A program made the position numbers and the translations under genes. Shown piece after piece: positions 42,962 through 50,710 of a stretch of DNA of 56,609 nt. The stretch comes from an uncultured Candidatus Saccharibacteria bacterium (GTDB lineage: Bacteria > Patescibacteriota > Minisyncoccia > Phycocordibacterales > UBA2100). Each line of letters opens with the position of its first letter. The first letter of the stretch is position 1. Below the pieces are notes generated by a model that was not told the origin of the DNA, made no database searches, and saw only the letters and a program-made list of their open reading frames with translations. The stretch covers positions 1 to 56,609 of the forward strand of contig CAYHIZ010000001.1 of the NCBI GenBank assembly GCA_964356695.1, written 5' to 3'.

Positions 42962-44917
42962 ATGAACATCAAAGATTTTTTTTCACTGGGAAAGAAGCAG
43001 TCCGCGACGCATGTACTGCCTGTACTGCCCGAAGAGATTTACCAGACGGGAGTTTTGAATCTTCAAGACGTAATCGCGCCACACGCACTCAAGGTCAATT
43101 CCCGAGAGCTTGATCTCGGAGAGAGAATAGCGCGAACCTTTTTTGTAATCTCATACCCTCGTTTTCTTACTACGGGCTGGTTTGCTCCCATCATCAACAT
43201 GGACAAAGTGATCGACATATCCATCTTCGTACATCCCATGGATACCAACGAGATGTTGCGCAAATTCCAAAAAAAAGTTGCGGAAGTGCAAAGCCAGATA
43301 TCGACACGCGAAGAGAAGGGAATGGTCCGCGATCCGATACTCGATACTGCATATCAAGATCTTGAAAAATTGAGAGACTCGCTCCAACAGGCGCAGGAGA
43401 GAATATTCGAAGTCGGCCTGTATCTCACAATTTACGGAAACACGCGAGAAGAAATCGACAAAACCGAAAGCGAGGTTCGTTCCATTTTGGAATCGCGACT
43501 TGTGTATATTCGACCCGCGCTTTTTCAGCAAGAACAGGGATTCCGTTCGGTTTTACCGCTTGCAACAGACGAGCTTGACGTACACACCAAGCTCAACTCA
43601 GCACCGCTCTCTTCCATATTTCCTTTTATTTCTTTCGACCTCACGTCGGATCGGGGGATTCTTTATGGCATCAACCGTCATAACTCCTCTTTGATTTTGT
43701 TCGATAGATTTTCTTTGGAAAATTACAACTCGGTTACTTTCGCAAAATCGGGCGCGGGCAAATCATACTTGACCAAATTGGAAATATTGCGCTCGCTGAT
43801 GTTCAGCACAGAAGTGATCGTCATCGACCCCGAGCGCGAGTATGAGTATTTGGCGGAAACGGTCGGTGGCCGCTATTTCAATATCTCGCTTTCCTCAGAA
43901 CACCACATAAATCCTTTTGATCTTCCGATCCCGCGCGAAGATGAAAATCCTTCCGACGTATTGCGCAGTAACATCATTACTCTTGTCGGTCTTTTTCGCA
44001 TCATGCTCGGGGGACTCACGCCGGAGGAAGACGCCATTATAGACAAGGCGATTACCGAGACATACGCCCTGAAAGACATTTCGGCCGATGCGAATTTCGC
44101 CGCCATCGAACCTCCGCTTCTATCCGATTTCGAACTCGTGCTTTCCGGCATGGAAGGCTCAGACTCGCTTATTACGCGACTTTCCAAGTACACGAAAGGC
44201 ACGTGGTCGGGATTCATGAACCGCCCTACGAACGTCGACATGAATAAAAAACTCGTGGTCTTTTCCGTGCGCGACATGGAAGACGACCTGAAGCCGGCCG
44301 CGATGTACATCATTACGCATCACATTTGGAATACTGTGAGAAAAGAGCTACGCAGACGACTCCTTGTCATAGACGAGGCGTGGTGGATGATGCGTAGTGA
44401 AGACACAGCATCGTTCCTCTTTGGCATTGCGAAACGTGGCCGCAAATACTTCCTCGGCATTTCAACCATAACGCAAGACGTCTCCGACTTCTTGAACTCT
44501 CCGTACGGAATCCCCATGATTACCAACTCTTCCATACAGCTTCTTCTGCGTCAATCGCCGACATCCGTCGATCTTGTACAGCAAACTTTCAAATTATCGG
44601 ATGAAGAAAAGTATCTTCTGCTCGAATCCGATGTGGGGGAGGGGATATTCTTTGCGGGCTTGAAACACGTGGCCATTAAAGTGATCGCCTCTTATACTGA
44701 AGACCAAATAATAACTTCCGACCCCTCGCAGATTCTCGCAATCCGAAAGGCGAAGCAGGATCTCTCAAGCGCATCCATGCCTGCAGGACAATTACCCGGA
44801 GACACGCCTGCAGGTATTCCGCAAGCGCCCACACCGTCTCCGTCCAATAGCGCGGCGCTTCGACTGAAAGATGCCCTCTCGCGAGATGAGGCGCAAGGAT
44901 CGAAAATATCCGTATGA
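42962..44917 (+). CDS. virB4: VirB4/TraE-like type IV secretion ATPase
   Basis: N-terminal IAPHALKV..LDLGERIARTFFVISYPRFLTTGWFAPII, Walker A FAKSGAGKSYLTK, Walker B LLVIDEAWWMM, and TITQDVSDF. Confidence 0.85.
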   Translation: MNIKDFFSLGKKQSATHVLPVLPEEIYQTGVLNLQDVIAPHALKVNSRELDLGERIARTFFVISYPRFLTTGWFAPIINMDKVIDISIFVHPMDTNEMLRKFQKKVAEVQSQISTREEKGMVRDPILDTAYQDLEKLRDSLQQAQERIFEVGLYLTIYGNTREEIDKTESEVRSILESRLVYIRPALFQQEQGFRSVLPLATDELDVHTKLNSAPLSSIFPFISFDLTSDRGILYGINRHNSSLILFDRFSLENYNSVTFAKSGAGKSYLTKLEILRSLMFSTEVIVIDPEREYEYLAETVGGRYFNISLSSEHHINPFDLPIPREDENPSDVLRSNIITLVGLFRIMLGGLTPEEDAIIDKAITETYALKDISADANFAAIEPPLLSDFELVLSGMEGSDSLITRLSKYTKGTWSGFMNRPTNVDMNKKLVVFSVRDMEDDLKPAAMYIITHHIWNTVRKELRRRLLVIDEAWWMMRSEDTASFLFGIAKRGRKYFLGISTITQDVSDFLNSPYGIPMITNSSIQLLLRQSPTSVDLVQQTFKLSDEEKYLLLESDVGEGIFFAGLKHVAIKVIASYTEDQIITSDPSQILAIRKAKQDLSSASMPAGQLPGDTPAGIPQAPTPSPSNSAALRLKDALSRDEAQGSKISV

Positions 44918-45990
44918 ACCGGCCGACAAACAAGATATTTTTTTTCATTGCCATTTGCGCGGTAACTGTCTCTGCAATCCCGACATACTTACCTCACTTG
45001 GTTTCGGCGCAAACTGGCGCACTATTCGGAAGATTCGATAACGATTTGAGGCTTGAGATGTCACCCCTTCACCCGCGTCCAGGGGAAAGCGTGCGCATCA
45101 GCGCACACTCAGCTAGTATAGATCTCCCCCTAACGTCCCTAGAATGGATCGAGAACGGCAAGAAGATCGGCGGGGGAGTGAGCGTCGCCGATATAGAAAT
45201 AAAAGCCGGAGTATTAGGCACTGAAACAACCGTAACTGTGATTATGTTCGAGAACGGCATCGAGCGCGTAAGGAAGAGCGTGCGCATAAACCCAACAGAA
45301 CTTGACCTTCTCTGGGAATCCGACTCATATGTGCCACCGTTTTTCCGCGGCCGAGCCCTTCCATCGGCGGGGACCAATCTTTATCTCCAAGCAATTCCGC
45401 GATTCAAACGCACCAACGGATCTTTAGTTCCCGTGAGCGATATAGTTTTCACATGGCGCAGGAACGACTATGTTCTGCAAAAAATATCCGGTCGCGGGGC
45501 GGGGAGAGCGGTTTTAGGAGGCCCGTCATTTTTAGGTACCGATACGATAAGTGTCCATGCACGCTCGTTGGATGGTCTATTCGAGACCGAAGAGATTGTC
45601 CGCATACCATCGGTCGAGCCGCGCCTTGTTCTTTACGAGAACCATCCACTAGCCGGAGTCATGTACCATAATGCAATCCTCTCGCAAAACCTGCAAAACT
45701 ACCGAGGAGAAGTAGAAATGTCTCTAGTTGCCATACCGTATTTTGCCGAAGCGCAAATGGATGACGACAACTCTTTAATCTATAAATGGAAGGTGAACGG
45801 CAATGCAATCACGAACAATCCTGAACGGCCAAATTCCATAACCATCAATGCGAGCGGGTCGAGCGGATTGGCTTTCGTTGAACTGGCACTATCGCATGCA
45901 ACCAATCTATTTCTAAATTCTTTCGGTTCGTGGAGCATGACGCTTTCTTCAGAAAGACTCGTAAACGACCCGTTCACAAATACACAATGA
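44914..45990 (+). CDS. Hypothetical N-terminally anchored protein of the T4SS-like operon
   Basis: The start overlaps the VirB4 stop (ATGA). It has a TM/signal (IFFFIAICAVTVSAI) and a beta-rich ectodomain. Confidence 0.5.
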   Translation: MNRPTNKIFFFIAICAVTVSAIPTYLPHLVSAQTGALFGRFDNDLRLEMSPLHPRPGESVRISAHSASIDLPLTSLEWIENGKKIGGGVSVADIEIKAGVLGTETTVTVIMFENGIERVRKSVRINPTELDLLWESDSYVPPFFRGRALPSAGTNLYLQAIPRFKRTNGSLVPVSDIVFTWRRNDYVLQKISGRGAGRAVLGGPSFLGTDTISVHARSLDGLFETEEIVRIPSVEPRLVLYENHPLAGVMYHNAILSQNLQNYRGEVEMSLVAIPYFAEAQMDDDNSLIYKWKVNGNAITNNPERPNSITINASGSSGLAFVELALSHATNLFLNSFGSWSMTLSSERLVNDPFTNTQ

Positions 45991-47252
45991 CAAGTATGAA
46001 AACTTCTTCCGCGTTTCGTTATACACTCCTTGTAATCATCGCGCTTATTTTAATCGCGCTCGGTTTTTGGTATTTCTTTATACAGGCCAGGCAAGAAAAA
46101 ATTGCTAAAGAAGATGCTGGTCGCGGACTGGGAAGCGAACCGCCGTCTTTCGGAAGCACTGTAGGTAATACATACGAAAATATAGTATCAAGTTTATCGA
46201 CTCCGGTCGGCGGGAAAAGCGAGCGTTCGGATGGAGCGCTACCGCGACTCGCTCAAGTGGGGAAAACGCCGACGGCCGGTTTAGGTTTTATCGGTAACGC
46301 GCTCTCTACACAAAAAAGCAGTTCGACCTCGACCATGCTCCGTTTTATGGAGCGCTCGACCGGATATATTTTTGACGTTGACCTCAAAACAGGGGTAGTT
46401 GAACGCCTCACCAACACGCTTATTCCTTACGTCTATGAGGCGATAGCCAGCAAGAGGGGAATAATCGTGCGAAGTGTTAGTGAAACAGGCGCCATAATTA
46501 CCGCAGTGGGAACAATCTCCGCAAGCTCCACGTCTGATGTAAAGGAACGCACACTCATACAAAACCCCCTGCCAAGCGGGATACGCGCCATTTTCAGAAG
46601 CCTAGCGGGCGATGATCTGCTTTACATCAAGCGCGAAAAAGGCGAGGCCGTCGGGTTCCGTGCGGCATGGGACGGAACAAAACCGCAAAAACTTTTTTCT
46701 TCCAACGTATCGGACTGGCAAATGCACTTGGCGTCAAACGGTCGCGTAATCATAGTGCAAAGATCGTCTGACGGCATTGCGGGAAGTGCGTATATTGTGG
46801 GAAATGGCGATACGCTAATCCCCCTAATCAGAAATGTCCCTGGACTAACACTACTGCCACACCCTTCATCTTCTGCGTTTCTGTACGGAAGCTCAAGCGG
46901 GGGCCTGGCACTATTCGCGCAGGTCGACGAAAAATCGACAAGCGTCGCCCTACCAATCAAAACCATTGCGGATAAATGCGTGTGGAGTCGCAATGAGAAA
47001 ACGATTGCTTACTGCGCGGTACCGGAAGGGAAGCCCTCCGTTAACTTTCTAGACAGGTGGCATCGCGGGGAAGAGCACACCTCAGACGCATGGTGGCGCG
47101 TAGACGCGAAAGATGCCTCTGCGGAGATATTATCCCCGCCGGGCAACGTCCCATTTGATGTCGAGAACCCTATAATTGACGATGGAGGTAATTACATCGC
47201 GTTTACTAACGCACGCGACAAGGCACTTTGGCTTTTGCGTATAAAAGAATAA
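45987..47252 (+). CDS. Hypothetical N-terminally anchored protein (beta-rich, possibly propeller-like) of the T4SS-like operon
   Basis: The ATG at 45987 overlaps the upstream stop (ATGA). It has a TM (YTLLVIIALILIALGFWYFF). The ORF track starts at 45930. Confidence 0.5.
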   Translation: MTSMKTSSAFRYTLLVIIALILIALGFWYFFIQARQEKIAKEDAGRGLGSEPPSFGSTVGNTYENIVSSLSTPVGGKSERSDGALPRLAQVGKTPTAGLGFIGNALSTQKSSSTSTMLRFMERSTGYIFDVDLKTGVVERLTNTLIPYVYEAIASKRGIIVRSVSETGAIITAVGTISASSTSDVKERTLIQNPLPSGIRAIFRSLAGDDLLYIKREKGEAVGFRAAWDGTKPQKLFSSNVSDWQMHLASNGRVIIVQRSSDGIAGSAYIVGNGDTLIPLIRNVPGLTLLPHPSSSAFLYGSSSGGLALFAQVDEKSTSVALPIKTIADKCVWSRNEKTIAYCAVPEGKPSVNFLDRWHRGEEHTSDAWWRVDAKDASAEILSPPGNVPFDVENPIIDDGGNYIAFTNARDKALWLLRIKE

Positions 47253-47254
47253 AT

Positions 47255-47761
47255 ATGCCGTTTCTACTTAAAAAAAGACGAGTCTTTCTGCTAACGATTA
47301 TCGTGACACTCGGTTTTTCAGGAATCTTCCTCACAAGCACGCGTGTTGCATTTGCCCAATGCGCAAGTGCCGATGGAAAATTCATCGCGCTAGAATGTTT
47401 CAAGGACTCTACAAAACTTAGAGACGCCTATAACACCCCGCCGGGGGAACTGGGACCGTTCCTCAATAAGATATTCGTTGGCGCAATATCAATAGGCGCG
47501 ATCCTCGCCGTTCTGCGTCTCGCATGGGCTGGTTTCCAGTATGTGGCGAGTGATTTATGGAGTACAAAAGAACATGCAAAAGAAATTATACGGGAAACTT
47601 TGCTTGGTCTCTTTCTACTTATCGCAGTTTATCTAATCCTAAGACAAATAAACCCGCAAATACTGGAACTTAAAGTGACCGCGGAGAGGGGATCGACCGA
47701 ACAGACAACGGCGCCCGCCACAGACACCAAATCCGTATTTGAACGAATGCGACGCCTATGA
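47255..47761 (+). CDS. T4SS pilin-like protein (TrbC/VirB2-like topology)
   Basis: Signal peptide ending AFAQ, a Cys pair, then two hydrophobic helices separated by a short charged loop (FVGAISIGAILAVLRLAWAGFQYVAS..KEHAKEIIRETLLGLFLLIAVYLIL). It is the last gene of the operon. Confidence 0.5.
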   Translation: MPFLLKKRRVFLLTIIVTLGFSGIFLTSTRVAFAQCASADGKFIALECFKDSTKLRDAYNTPPGELGPFLNKIFVGAISIGAILAVLRLAWAGFQYVASDLWSTKEHAKEIIRETLLGLFLLIAVYLILRQINPQILELKVTAERGSTEQTTAPATDTKSVFERMRRL

Positions 47762-47787
47762 TGAACCATTCTTCCCAGCGGTAAGCC

Positions 47788-48309
47788 CTACTGCACACTG
47801 CGATCAATCTCACTCGCGTATTGAATTACAACCCGACGGTTGCGCCCCTCCCCCTCTGATACCGTTTTCACATTCAGAGCACCCTGAAGAGCTGTATGTA
47901 TAATAAGACGCTCGTAAGAACTCATCGGAGAGAGCTCCACGTTGTACTGGAGCGAACGTGCTCGCTCCGCCATCATTAGTGCTTTGTTTTGCAGATCTTT
48001 GATTTGCTTGACGCGGTAGTCGTTCACGTCCACGAGAAACCGAGGAATGCGTAAATCCGTACCAACCTCGCCCACATTGAGCGGGACAGGGGACATGCGT
48101 TTCTCTATGACTTTCTTCACAAGATAATCAAGTGCCTGAACCGTATCCCCATTCATGCCTATAAGAGAGGGGTCTTCGGTTTGAATCGAAAAAATCATTT
48201 GCCCTGCCGTTTCGCTTTGAACGATGCCTCCATACGCAATATGAGCCGCATCAAGAAACTCTTTCAGAGTTGTTTCAACCGATTTTTCCATTGGCGCACT
48301 ATACTCCAC
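47788..48309 (-). CDS. khpB: Jag/KhpB RNA-binding protein (KH + R3H domains)
   Basis: Jag_N-like N-terminus and a C-terminal R3H region (ERLIIHTAL..VKTVSEGEGRNRRVVI). It has a conserved position in the rpmH-rnpA-yidC-jag cluster. The true start may be the internal ATG at 48291. Confidence 0.8.
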   Translation of the reverse strand: MEYSAPMEKSVETTLKEFLDAAHIAYGGIVQSETAGQMIFSIQTEDPSLIGMNGDTVQALDYLVKKVIEKRMSPVPLNVGEVGTDLRIPRFLVDVNDYRVKQIKDLQNKALMMAERARSLQYNVELSPMSSYERLIIHTALQGALNVKTVSEGEGRNRRVVIQYASEIDRSVQ

Positions 48310-48316
48310 AAAGTCC

Positions 48317-48337
48317 CCGACTTCCAGCTGCCGGAAA
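48317..48337 (+). repeat. 21-bp direct repeat, left copy, flanking the repeat+TA insertion
   Basis: CCGACTTCCAGCTGCCGGAAA; 20/21 identical to 49052-49072. Confidence 0.8.
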
Positions 48338-48467
48338 GTAACTATTCAGCCGTTCCCAGTCCGCCGTCCTTGCGAGCGCAAGCGAAGCAATCCAGAATCC
48401 CACCACATACATCTGGATCGCTTCGCAAGGCTCGCGAAGACGAATATCGGAAATCGCCGAACCTTAC
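48338..48467. repeat. Palindromic MITE-like intergenic repeat, copy 3 of 4
   Basis: GTAACTATTCAGCCGTTCCCAG..CGTCCTTGCGAGC..GCGAAGCAATCCAGA..TCTGGATCGCTTCGC..GCTCGCGAAGACGAATATCGGAAATCGCCGAACCTTAC. Same orientation as copy 1. Confidence 0.8.
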
Positions 48468-48513
48468 AGCCACGCGACTTGCATTTTTCCGTATTTCCGT
48501 AATACTGCATTGC

Positions 48514-48783
48514 ATGACCATCGCCACAGTCAGGATGCAAGCGCGCGGGGTACTGACTCTCCCGAAGAAGATACGGACCCGCATGGGAATCGCCACTGGC
48601 GACATCGTCGAGCTCGCGGAGCGCGACGGCAAGATATTTTTCGCGCCCGTCTCGCGCATCGACGCGCAGTTGCGTGAGGATGTCCGCAAAGCGCTCGAGG
48701 ATATCCGGCTCGGTCGGACGATTGGCCCATTTGCGAGCATGGCGGATTTCCAGCGGTATAGGAAGTTGAGAAGCAAACGATAA
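48514..48783 (+). CDS. AbrB/MazE/SpoVT-family antitoxin
   Basis: MTIATVRMQARGVLTLPKKIRTRMGIATGDIVELAERDGKIFFAP is a SpoVT-AbrB swapped-hairpin motif. The ORF track embeds it in a longer spurious ORF (48181-48783). Confidence 0.75.
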   Translation: MTIATVRMQARGVLTLPKKIRTRMGIATGDIVELAERDGKIFFAPVSRIDAQLREDVRKALEDIRLGRTIGPFASMADFQRYRKLRSKR

Positions 48784-48795
48784 ACGCTCCACGGT

Positions 48796-49041
48796 ATGCG
48801 CTTCGAGTTCTCAGTGCAGGCGTATGGTTGCTACGAATTATTGCCAACGGAATTGAGACGCGCGACGGATAAGCAGATCCGTTTTCTCGTGAACGACATC
48901 CGCCATCCCTCTCTTCACGCCAAGAAGTACGATGAATCCATAGGATTGTGGCAGGCGCGCATCAACCGCTCATGGCGGTTCTATTTTCTCATCGCGCACG
49001 ACGCGTACTACATCGTGAGCATCCGCAAACATCCGAAGTGA
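48796..49041 (+). CDS. RelE/ParE-superfamily toxin
   Basis: 81 aa. ...HPSLHAKKYDESIGLWQARINRSWRFYFLIAHDAYYIVSIRKHPK follows the RelE/ParE pattern (K..g....w.aRi....R..f.i......il.i..H). It starts 12 nt after the antitoxin stop. Confidence 0.65.
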   Translation: MRFEFSVQAYGCYELLPTELRRATDKQIRFLVNDIRHPSLHAKKYDESIGLWQARINRSWRFYFLIAHDAYYIVSIRKHPK

Positions 49042-49051
49042 GCGCGTGTTA

Positions 49052-49072
49052 CCGACTTCCAGCTGCCAGAAA
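49052..49072 (+). repeat. 21-bp direct repeat, right copy
   Basis: CCGACTTCCAGCTGCCAGAAA. Confidence 0.8.
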
Positions 49073-49083
49073 AATACAGAGCG

Positions 49084-49806
49084 CTAAAATCTCCTGCCAG
49101 AGTAAAATTCTTGACCAACCATGAATATATTACTCGTTATCAAATAAAGCATGGCGGCATTCGGAATAAAATAAGAAAGCACAATAAATGTGGCGGGGAG
49201 CATGTAACGAGCCTGTAGATCAAAACTGCGCGCGAGATCGGCAGAAAATGATGTCCCTCGCGCGGCGGGTAAGGATGGAATGCGCTTGCCCATCGAAAGC
49301 CGCGTATATGCAAACTGCGCTACCGCCGCAAGAACCCCCAAAACTAGCGAGTGTCCGGCCATATCTATAAAGCCTAAAAACGCCATGTTGACTACGGACG
49401 GTGTTGGCGTAAAAGAATACAGGAGGTTCTGATAAATTTCAGGCAAGCCTCCGACGGCAAATATCCAGTAAAGCGCGAATATAACAGGCAATTGTGCGAT
49501 AAGAAGACCTACGCTGGCGAATGGATGCACACCGCGCTCTCGATAAAGCGCAAATATGGCACGTCCCTGTTCTTCTCGATTATCTTTGTGTGTCTCTTTC
49601 AGTCGCTCAATCTCTGGTGCGACTTTTTTCATCGCCGCCTGAGTCTCGATGGCGCGACGTGAAAGAGGGAAAAGAATCGTTCGTACCGCAATCGTGAGTA
49701 ATATAACGGCAAACCCCACGTCGTGGGAGGGGATGATCTCAATCAAAAAAATAAGCCCATTATAAAGGGGGTCATAGACAGCGATGTGGAATAGCGTAGA
49801 AATCAT
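49084..49806 (-). CDS. yidC: Membrane protein insertase YidC (short form)
   Basis: YDPLYNGLIFLIE, AVILLTIAVRTILFPLS, KMKKVAPEIERLKE-type helix-hairpin, and position after rnpA. Confidence 0.85.
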   Translation of the reverse strand: MISTLFHIAVYDPLYNGLIFLIEIIPSHDVGFAVILLTIAVRTILFPLSRRAIETQAAMKKVAPEIERLKETHKDNREEQGRAIFALYRERGVHPFASVGLLIAQLPVIFALYWIFAVGGLPEIYQNLLYSFTPTPSVVNMAFLGFIDMAGHSLVLGVLAAVAQFAYTRLSMGKRIPSLPAARGTSFSADLARSFDLQARYMLPATFIVLSYFIPNAAMLYLITSNIFMVGQEFYSGRRF

Positions 49807-50162
49807 TGAGAGGCATTGTAGCGCGTATTGGACATTTTATCGATGAGACCACCGATATCATTAAAAACATCCGCGAATGCTGTCCCCGACACGCCGACTT
49901 TCGCACGAAATACAAAAACCAATGGCGGGGCATTGATACCTTTTTGTATATGTACTCGGACAACCTCTCGAAAGTGCCGCTTTATTCGATTTCTTTGAAC
50001 GGCCTTCGATGCCACTTTTTTTGAAACCACACACGCAAACAGCGGGTGTCTACCCAAAGGAAGGGGAGTAACCGACAGCGAGAAAAACCTGCCATGGCAA
50101 CGCGCTATCGCATCCCGACCCATTGCAAAATCCGAGCGACTCAAACGATATAGCTTCGGCAT
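49803..50162 (-). CDS. rnpA: Ribonuclease P protein component
   Basis: VSKKVASKAVQRNRIKRHFREV (RNR motif). The start overlaps the rpmH stop (TAATG). Confidence 0.85.
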   Translation of the reverse strand: MPKLYRLSRSDFAMGRDAIARCHGRFFSLSVTPLPLGRHPLFACVVSKKVASKAVQRNRIKRHFREVVRVHIQKGINAPPLVFVFRAKVGVSGTAFADVFNDIGGLIDKMSNTRYNASQ

Positions 50163-50296
50163 TACACTGAAAGCCGTGCACGTCCCTTACGACGACGGCG
50201 CACAAGTATATTTTTCCCAGTGGCACTGTTCGTCCTCTTGCGAAACCCGTGAGCCCTCGCTCGCTTGCGCTTTTTCGGCTGATACACTCGTTTCAT
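50162..50296 (-). CDS. rpmH: 50S ribosomal protein L34
   Basis: [44 protein letters not shown] from the ATG at 50296. The ORF track extends to 50350. Confidence 0.95.
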   Translation of the reverse strand: MKRVYQPKKRKRARAHGFRKRTNSATGKNILVRRRRKGRARLSV

Positions 50297-50342
50297 AAAA
50301 AGAGGGTACACTGTTTTTTGATTTTCTACAAGTAGCGGGAAG

Positions 50343-50565
50343 GTAAGCATTCAGCGATTTCCGATATTCGTCTTCGCGAGCCTTGCCCTGCCTGCCATGC
50401 CTGCGCAGGCATGGCAGGCAGGGAAGCGATCCAGATGTATGTGGTAGGATTCTGGATGGCTTCGCTCCGAACGTGACCAAATTTTCAACATGGTAATCCA
50501 TGTTAGAAAAATGGAAATGCCCTTGTGGTGCAAAGACGGCAGACTGGGAACGGCTGAGTAGTTAC
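50343..50565. repeat. Palindromic MITE-like repeat, copy 4 (inverted orientation) with two internal insertions including a perfect 38-bp palindrome
   Basis: The ends match the reverse complement of copy 3 (GTAAGCATTCAGCGATTTCCGATATTCGTCTTCGCGAGC ... CAAAGACGGCAGACTGGGAACGGCTGAGTAGTTAC). The nested CCCTGCCTGCCATGCCTGCGCAGGCATGGCAGGCAGGG at 50386-50423 is a perfect palindrome, verified by hand. Confidence 0.8.
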
Positions 50566-50589
50566 GCGGGAAGCGGATACGTAGCGAGC

Positions 50590-50609
50590 ATATCCACAGA
50601 TTATCCACA
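50590..50609 (+). promoter_or_regulatory. Two tandem DnaA boxes upstream of dnaA
   Basis: ATATCCACA (50590-50598, 1 mismatch) and TTATCCACA (50601-50609, perfect), spaced 2 nt apart. Confidence 0.7.
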
Positions 50610-50710
50610 TCATGTGAACACAATTTTAGAATTCTATTGACTTTGCTTCTCTAAAAATGCGCGTATTATGATGTTCGTGCCAAATTTATACGCGCTCCCA
50701 AAAAGAAAGT

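Noticed and set aside
48181-48783. 200-aa ORF, and the minus-strand 104-aa ORF at 50187-50501, share the peptide PHTSGSL...KAREDEYRKS. This looked like a conserved protein.
   Set aside because: The shared peptide is translated from the palindromic MITE-like repeat, which reads similarly on both strands. Only the C-terminal 89 codons of the first ORF (the AbrB antitoxin, from the ATG at 48514) look genuinely coding.
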